Positions 56,392-62,242 of a stretch of DNA of 62,242 nucleotides are shown here, in pieces; position 1 is the stretch's first letter; the number at the start of each line of letters is the position of its first letter. A program made the translations under genes and the position numbers. The stretch is taken from assembly GCA_041569895.1 (NCBI GenBank), contig JBFFXF010000003.1, forward strand, positions 1 through 62,242, given 5' to 3'. The DNA comes from Planctomycetota bacterium (GTDB taxonomy: Bacteria > Planctomycetota > UBA8108 > JACQVS01). The notes beneath the pieces were generated by a model. The model was not told where the DNA came from, searched no databases, and was given only the letters and a program-made list of their open reading frames with translations.

Positions 56392-57579
56392 TCATTTCTC
56401 CAGTCGCAGGGCCGCGACGCACGAGAGCCTCCCGAGGCGCAGCGCGGGGACGAGGCCGGCGACCAGCCCGAGCACCACCGCGCCGATCAGTCCGGCGACG
56501 GTCGTCTCCGTCGTCACCTCGTAGAGCGGAAACATCGAGCCGAGCGCATGCCGGATTCCCGCCGAGCTGCCGACCGCGGCGAGCACGCCGAGGCCGCCGC
56601 CGACGACACTGAGCGCGAGGCTCTGCAGCATCAGCACGAGAAACACCGTGCGGCCCCCGAAGCCGAGCGCCTTGAGGATACCCGCGTCGTGCGTCTGCTC
56701 GCGCGCCGCCATCAGCATGGTGTTGAGCACGGCGAGCAGGATGGCGAAGAAGACCGCCATGCCGATCGACGACACGAAGAAGGGGATGTTCCCGACCATC
56801 GACACGAACTGCGCCTGGAACTCCGCCTCGGTTGTCGTCTGCACGCGTTGTGGACCCTTCGCGAAGAGGCCGTCGATGCGCGACATCACCGACTGCACGT
56901 CGGCGCCGTCCTTCACCTTGACGACGTAGACCCCCACCCCGTCCGGCCCATTGGCGGCGCCGTCCTCGAGACTCTTCGAGAGGTACTCGTGGTGAAAGAA
57001 CATCGTCCGGTTGTCGACGGAGGCGGCGCTCGACCGATAGATCCCCGCGATGCGAAAGTTCCACGTCGAGCCGTCGGTGCGCGGGAAGATCGTGCCGATC
57101 AGCGGCACCGTGTCCCCGACTTTCCAGCGGTACACGGCCGCCAGCTCCTCGCCGACGAGGCAGGAGCTGCGATCGGACATGAAGCGCTCCGCGCTGCCCT
57201 CGACAATCGACAGCTCCGGATAGATCGAGAACAGCGTCTGCTCGCTGGTCGCAAACTGCGCGAAGAAGTTCGACGGATTCTGGTAGTAGCCGCCGAACCA
57301 GGTCCACCGGCACGTGCCCTCGACCCCCTCGACCGACCGGATCTTGGCGTCGTAGCTCTCCGGCAGGATGACGTAGAGGCTGACCGCCGACTGGACGACG
57401 AGCCGATCGGACTTGGCGTCCTCGACGCCGGCGTCGAGCGTCACCACGAGGGATTGCAGCGTGCAGAGCAAGAAGAATGCCACCGTCAGTGACGCGGCGG
57501 TGAGCGCCGACCGCACCGGGTGCCGGAAGAGGTTCTTGAAGACGAGACGGAGCGGCAGCGCTCCTGCCATGCCGATCAC
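56392..57579 (-). CDS. ABC transporter permease (MacB/FtsX-like)
   Basis: KNLFRHPVRSALT, REQTHDAGILKALGF; GTG 57579 overlaps the ATPase stop, ATG 57570 is an alternative. Confidence 0.9.
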   Translation of the reverse strand: MIGMAGALPLRLVFKNLFRHPVRSALTAASLTVAFFLLCTLQSLVVTLDAGVEDAKSDRLVVQSAVSLYVILPESYDAKIRSVEGVEGTCRWTWFGGYYQNPSNFFAQFATSEQTLFSIYPELSIVEGSAERFMSDRSSCLVGEELAAVYRWKVGDTVPLIGTIFPRTDGSTWNFRIAGIYRSSAASVDNRTMFFHHEYLSKSLEDGAANGPDGVGVYVVKVKDGADVQSVMSRIDGLFAKGPQRVQTTTEAEFQAQFVSMVGNIPFFVSSIGMAVFFAILLAVLNTMLMAAREQTHDAGILKALGFGGRTVFLVLMLQSLALSVVGGGLGVLAAVGSSAGIRHALGSMFPLYEVTTETTVAGLIGAVVLGLVAGLVPALRLGRLSCVAALRLEK

Positions 57580-58262
57580 TCGCCGTTCTCCGGAGGTCGG
57601 TCGGCGAGCTTGCCCTTGTCGAGGTGGACGACACGCCCCGCGCGCCGAGCAGCGAGCGCATCGTGCGTCACCATGACGACGGTCTTGCCGATCTCGCGGT
57701 TGAGCCTCGCGAGGATGTCGAGGACCTGATCGGCCGAGTCGCGATCGAGGTCGCCGGTCGGCTCGTCGGCCAGGATCAGCGCGGGGTCCGTGACCACCGC
57801 GCGGGCGATCGCGACGCGCTGCTCCTGACCTCCGGAGAGCTGCGACGGCCGGTGGTGCGCGCGATCGGCCAGCCCGACGAGCTCGAGCGCGTGCAGCGCG
57901 TGCTCGCGACGCTGCCTGCGACCGAGAGGCGCCAGCAGCAGCGGCAGCTCGAGGTTCTCGAGCGCGCTGAGGACGGGGATGAGGTTGAACGCCTGGAACA
58001 CGAAACCGACGGTCTCCGCTCGCCAGGACGCGAGCGCCGAGTCCGGGATGTCCGAGATGAACTCGCCCGCGACGCACACCTCGCCGGAGTCGGGATAGTC
58101 GAGTCCGCCGACGAGGTTCAGGAGGGTGCTCTTGCCGGACCCCGACGGCCCCATCAGCGCGCAAAACTCGCCGTCCCTGACCTCGAGGTCGAGCTCGTCG
58201 AGGACGGTGAGGTGCTGGCCGCCGCGCCAGTACCGCTTGGTGACGTGTCTGAGGGAGATCAT
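57576..58262 (-). CDS. ABC transporter ATP-binding protein (LolD/MacB-like)
   Basis: [25 protein letters not shown]. Confidence 0.96.
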   Translation of the reverse strand: MISLRHVTKRYWRGGQHLTVLDELDLEVRDGEFCALMGPSGSGKSTLLNLVGGLDYPDSGEVCVAGEFISDIPDSALASWRAETVGFVFQAFNLIPVLSALENLELPLLLAPLGRRQRREHALHALELVGLADRAHHRPSQLSGGQEQRVAIARAVVTDPALILADEPTGDLDRDSADQVLDILARLNREIGKTVVMVTHDALAARRAGRVVHLDKGKLADRPPENGE

Positions 58263-58275
58263 CGGGCCGGGTCGC

Positions 58276-59697
58276 TCACGGCTTTCGCACCTGCACCCGG
58301 TCGCCGTCCTCGAGCCGCGTCGGTGGCAGGCGGATGACGCTCTCGCCGCCCTCGAGCCCGGCGGCGACCACGACCCGGTCGGCGCGGCTCCCGCCGAGCT
58401 CGACCGCGCGCGCGAGGGCGACGTCGCGCTCCACGACGAAGACGAATGTGCGACCGCTCGAGCGCACCACCGCGTCGGTGGGAATCAGCACCACCTCCTG
58501 GCGCTCCGACGCGTCGGTCTCGGCGAAGGGGGCGGCCTCGCTCTCGAACACGACACGCACGCCCATCTCGGGGCGCAACCGCCGGTCGGGGTCCTCGATG
58601 ACGACGCGCACCTCGACGGTCGCCTTCTGGCGATTCGCCGTCGGCCAGATCCGATCGACGCGGCCGCGATAGGGCCGATCCGGGAAGGCGTCGAGAAAGA
58701 TGCGCGCCGGCGCGTTCAGCTTCACCGAGGCGAGGCTGGCCTCCGGGACCTCGGCCTGCACCTCGAGCGAGTCGAAATCGACCATCGTCACCACCGAGCC
58801 GCGCGCGTTGCTTCCGGCGGTCGAGTTGGGAGAGACCACCTCGCCGACCTCCGCGTCCTTGAGCACGACGACCCCGTCGAAGGGAGCGCGGACCTCGGTC
58901 TTCTCGAGCGTCGCCCGCGCCAGATCGCGCGCCGCCTCGAGCGATGCGATCCGGGCCACGGCCTCCTGGACCGCCGCTTGCGCGAGGTCGCGACGCGCCG
59001 CGCCCTCGGCGACCTCCGCCTCGGCAGCAGCGCGGGCGGACTCGGCCGACGCGACGCGCGCCCGCGCGCCGTCGAGCTGCGCGCGGCGCTCATCGAGCAG
59101 CTGCGGTGACTCCGTGCCGCTCTCGACGAGCTCGCGCGTGCGCTCGTGGCTACGCGCGGCGAGGACCTCGCCGGCCCTCGCCTCCTCGAGGTTCGACTCC
59201 GTGACCTTGAGGCCCGCCTGGAGGCGCTTCAGCTCGGCGCCGCGCATCGTCAGGTCGCTGCGCGAGCGCTCGAGCGCGGCGCGACCGACCTCGAGGTCGG
59301 CCTCCGTCCGGCGCAGAGACGCCGAGTACTCGTCCGCGTAGAGCCGCGCCACCACGAAGCCCTTCTCGACGAACTGTCCCTCGGTGACGTTGAGCTCGAC
59401 GATCCGTCCCGGCGTGTCGGCCGAGAGCGCCGCCCGCGTCCTGGCGACTATGTAGCCGTTGGCGGCCGCGCCCGCGATGGCCGCGGCCTCCACGGGACGG
59501 CGCATCTGCGCCTGGGCGACGTCGACCTCGGGAAGCCGGAAGCGATCGACCCACGACGTGATCGGCTCGCGGAAGACATAGATCGCCCCTCCGAGCAGGG
59601 CGAGCACGACGAGCCTCGCGATCCATCGGCCGGCACGGCCACGGCGGACCGCCTTGCGGGGGCGCGAACGATCGATTTTGAGGCGTTCGAGGTCCAT
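58276..59697 (-). CDS. Efflux periplasmic adaptor (membrane fusion protein)
   Basis: N-terminal TM, lipoyl halves (GRIVELNVTEG, VRAPFDG), long coiled coil, LRPEM. Confidence 0.92.
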   Translation of the reverse strand: MDLERLKIDRSRPRKAVRRGRAGRWIARLVVLALLGGAIYVFREPITSWVDRFRLPEVDVAQAQMRRPVEAAAIAGAAANGYIVARTRAALSADTPGRIVELNVTEGQFVEKGFVVARLYADEYSASLRRTEADLEVGRAALERSRSDLTMRGAELKRLQAGLKVTESNLEEARAGEVLAARSHERTRELVESGTESPQLLDERRAQLDGARARVASAESARAAAEAEVAEGAARRDLAQAAVQEAVARIASLEAARDLARATLEKTEVRAPFDGVVVLKDAEVGEVVSPNSTAGSNARGSVVTMVDFDSLEVQAEVPEASLASVKLNAPARIFLDAFPDRPYRGRVDRIWPTANRQKATVEVRVVIEDPDRRLRPEMGVRVVFESEAAPFAETDASERQEVVLIPTDAVVRSSGRTFVFVVERDVALARAVELGGSRADRVVVAAGLEGGESVIRLPPTRLEDGDRVQVRKP

Positions 59698-59844
59698 CGG
59701 CTTTCGGGATCGGGGCGGACACGGGCACGGCGCGATCCGGCGCGCCTCGCCTGGCGAGAAAACCAGCGGCTGCCGGTTCGATTGTGGTTTGCGTGCGGGC
59801 GGATTTCAATCGGAAAGGAGCGACGTCGCGTACGCCGGGCGGCG

Positions 59845-60660
59845 TCAGTAGCCGAGCGCGTCCATCATCGGACCCGCGACGCCCCGGAGGGCCTCGTTCT
59901 GGTCGTCCGACCACTCGGCGACGTCGGGAAAGGTGCGCCGGCGCTGGTAGTTCGCCTTGGTGCCGAGGACCTTGGCGACCCGCTTCGGCTTCGGCGCCTC
60001 GAGCTCGAGGAAGTCGAACACCGCCGCGACGGTCTCCGGGTTGCCGGCGAACAGGTCCTCGGCGCGGACCGTCATGGCGCGGCCGGGCTCGAGCGAGTCG
60101 GTGAACTCGCGAGCGAAGCGATTGGTCTCGTACCAGAACCACGCGCAGCGCTCGAAGAGGCTCATCTCGTCCCACCGGTCGTGGTAGGGGTCGCCGGTGC
60201 GCGGCACGATGCGGCCCTCGTCCCACTTGTTGGTGTCGTACCAGCCGCGATCCATGCCGGATCGCACCACGTGCCGCGGATCACGCACCAGGTGAAGGAA
60301 CTTCGAGTTGGTGAACACCTCGCGGATCGCCGGCGCGAAGTAGGTCAGCCGGTTCGCCGTCTCCCCGTAGGCCTGACCGTCCTCGTAGGCCTTGTAGACG
60401 ACGTCCTCGCGACAGGCCTCGATCAGGAGACGGTAGGGCTCGGGCCGCGTCGCCCACTGCTCGTAGACCTCGCGACACTGCCGGTTCAAACGCGGCAACG
60501 GCTCATGCTCGACCGTCGCGCCGTCGGCGAGGTCGAGAAGATGGGCCAGCGTCCGCGTCCCACACCGGCCGGTGGACAGCACCCAGAACGCGCGCGCGTC
60601 CTTCCAGCCACGCTCACGCAACTCGGAACGGGCAATCGGCTCGAACTTTGGTTGTGACAT
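59845..60660 (-). CDS. Sulfotransferase-family protein
   Basis: GRCGT P-loop-like motif, HEP, LHLVRDPR...S; start uncertain. Confidence 0.8.
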   Translation of the reverse strand: MSQPKFEPIARSELRERGWKDARAFWVLSTGRCGTRTLAHLLDLADGATVEHEPLPRLNRQCREVYEQWATRPEPYRLLIEACREDVVYKAYEDGQAYGETANRLTYFAPAIREVFTNSKFLHLVRDPRHVVRSGMDRGWYDTNKWDEGRIVPRTGDPYHDRWDEMSLFERCAWFWYETNRFAREFTDSLEPGRAMTVRAEDLFAGNPETVAAVFDFLELEAPKPKRVAKVLGTKANYQRRRTFPDVAEWSDDQNEALRGVAGPMMDALGY

Positions 60661-60737
60661 GCCTGACACGGTAGTGGGCGACGGGGTTTGGTTCAAGTAC
60701 GGATCGACGGCGCTGCCGACGAACGACGGAGACGGGA

Positions 60738-61071
60738 ACGCAGATTACGCAGATTGCGCAGATTACGCAGATTACGCAGATCGAGGTCTCGCGTTTCGGC
60801 GGCTCGGGGATCGGAGTCGGGATCGGAGTCGGGATCGGAGTCGGGATCGGAGTCGGTCATCGGAATCGGTCATCGGAATCGGAATCGGAATCGGAGTCGG
60901 AATCGGTGTCGGGTCTCTGGTTCTCTGTCCTCAGTCTCCGCCCTCCGTCCTCTGTCTCGGTCTCCAACCCCGCCCGCTCGGCCCCGACGGTGCCAGGCCA
61001 CCCGACCACGAGAGCTCCCGGGCACGAGAACGGGCACGAGAACGGGCACGGGAACGGGGACGGGGACGGGA
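60738..61071 (-). repeat. Modular microsatellite element
   Basis: On the plus strand: CGCAGATTR units, (GGATCGGAGTCG)n, (CGGAAT)n, heptamers, GGGVAC units; roughly the reverse complement of the 54902-55150 layout. Confidence 0.9.
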
Positions 61072-61075
61072 CCGA

Positions 61076-61333
61076 TCACACCATCGCAAACGTCCCCTCC
61101 GCGGGGACCTCGACGTCCGTGCGGAGGTCCTCGTCGTCGGTATCGTCGATCTCAGCCTCGCCGGCGTCATCACCCGGCACCAGGCGCCGGAGTCCCGCGA
61201 TGAGCTCGCGAATCTCCTCGTCGGTGAGCACGCCCTGGGCGTACTGCACGATCTCCGCGACGCCGATGCCGGCGTCCTCCATCTCGAGGACGAGATCACA
61301 GTCGACGAGTCGCGTGCTGTTGAGCGAATCCAT
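61076..61333 (-). CDS. Small acidic hypothetical protein (85 aa)
   Basis: GAGAGG a few nt before ATG 61333; helical amphipathic core and Asp/Glu-rich tail. Confidence 0.6.
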   Translation of the reverse strand: MDSLNSTRLVDCDLVLEMEDAGIGVAEIVQYAQGVLTDEEIRELIAGLRRLVPGDDAGEAEIDDTDDEDLRTDVEVPAEGTFAMV

Positions 61334-61355
61334 CGGTCGCCTCTCTTTGTTCTTA

Positions 61356-61396
61356 CCCGTTCCCGGCCCCGGACCCGGTCCCGGCCCCGAACCGGG
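61356..61396. repeat. Short CCCGGN hexamer array
   Basis: CCCGTT CCCGGC CCCGGA CCCGGT CCCGGC CCCGAA. Confidence 0.7.
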
Positions 61397-61686
61397 CCGG
61401 CCGCCGTCGCCTCCGGGCGCCATGAATGCCTTCTCAGAAACGATCTCTCCAAACCTTCGGTCGCTGCGCGCGCCGGGTGAAGGCGGAAGCGCCCCGGCGG
61501 GGCGCCGGGCCCTGCGCGAGCCCGGTCGATCGGACCCAATCGACGGTGAGGGCGCAGCTTAGAGCCTATCGCCAGAAAAATCCGGAATCGTTGTCAAGAT
61601 CCGCCCCACCTGATACGTCTTGGGATGTATTCCGGAGGGGCCGGGTCTCGCTCGCGGGGCTCGGCCCGAGGTCTCAGGAGGCGACG

Positions 61687-62187
61687 GTGCAGCTCAGCGA
61701 CACGTTTCTCAACGACCTGACGGCGAAGCTCGCTCGAGTCATCAACGGGTGCGGCTCGCTGCCCGTATCTCGCGATGACCTGATCAGCGAGGTCATCCTG
61801 CGGCTTCTCGCGGTCGAGGATCGCGAGGTCCGGAACCCGTACGCCTACGCTCGAACGATTCTCCGGAACCTCATTCGCGATCACCTGCGCCGGGCGGAGC
61901 GCGCCCAGAGGGCGCTCGAGGAGATCGCGGCGAGGACCGCCGACAGTGTCTCCGGACATGAGGAGGCTGCACGGTTCGACGAGAGCGAGCTGGTGGGCTA
62001 TCTGCTCGACCAGACCGCGCTCTCGCCCCTCCAGAACAGGGTAATCCGCATGTTTTACCTCAATGGCATGACCCTCACGGAGATCGCGCGTGAGCTCTCC
62101 CGCAATCCCGGCACGATTCTCAGGCACCTCCGTCGCGCGATCGACAAGCTCGCGAGCCGGGCTGCCGAGCTGGAGCTCCAGCCATGA
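61687..62187 (+). CDS. ECF-type sigma-70 factor
   Basis: DDLISEV..RL, YARTILRNLIRDHLRR, LSPLQ...MTLTEIAREL; AGGAGG before GTG 61687. Confidence 0.88.
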   Translation: MQLSDTFLNDLTAKLARVINGCGSLPVSRDDLISEVILRLLAVEDREVRNPYAYARTILRNLIRDHLRRAERAQRALEEIAARTADSVSGHEEAARFDESELVGYLLDQTALSPLQNRVIRMFYLNGMTLTEIARELSRNPGTILRHLRRAIDKLASRAAELELQP

Positions 62188-62242
62188 AGCACCGAAGGCC
62201 TTCAACCAGAAAACGATTGCGTGATGAGCTGAACAGCCGCGG
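62184..62242 (+). CDS. 5' end of a probable gene coupled to the sigma factor (truncated by window)
   Basis: ATGA overlap with the sigma stop; frame MKHRRPSTRKRLRDELNSR stays open to the window edge. Confidence 0.45.
   Translation, partial: MKHRRPSTRKRLRDELNSR

Overview
High-GC bacterial chromosomal segment, probably Planctomycetota (inferred from a planctomycete-style dockerin/cytochrome c fusion, Ser/Thr kinases, a DUF4388-TPR-PEGA protein and an ECF sigma). The centre is a minus-strand type II secretion-like cluster (gspE-F-G-H-I-J-K, a PilM/PilN-type fusion, a PilO/GspM plus GspC-like protein, secretin, lipoprotein). Its secretin is 4307 aa and has about 47 tandem Secretin_N-like domains by manual count, against three (N1-N3) in a canonical GspD. 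Other notable genes are a two-heme (CX4CH)/dockerin/copper-monooxygenase fusion, a type 2 IleRS with GVHH and EMHKS motifs, a eukaryote-type hexokinase homologue and a pseudokinase. About ten intergenic spaces carry a modular microsatellite-built element with G-quadruplex and hairpin potential. No rRNA, tRNA, CRISPR array or transposase was seen. All calls come from reading motifs by eye; several starts were moved downstream of the ORF-track starts.
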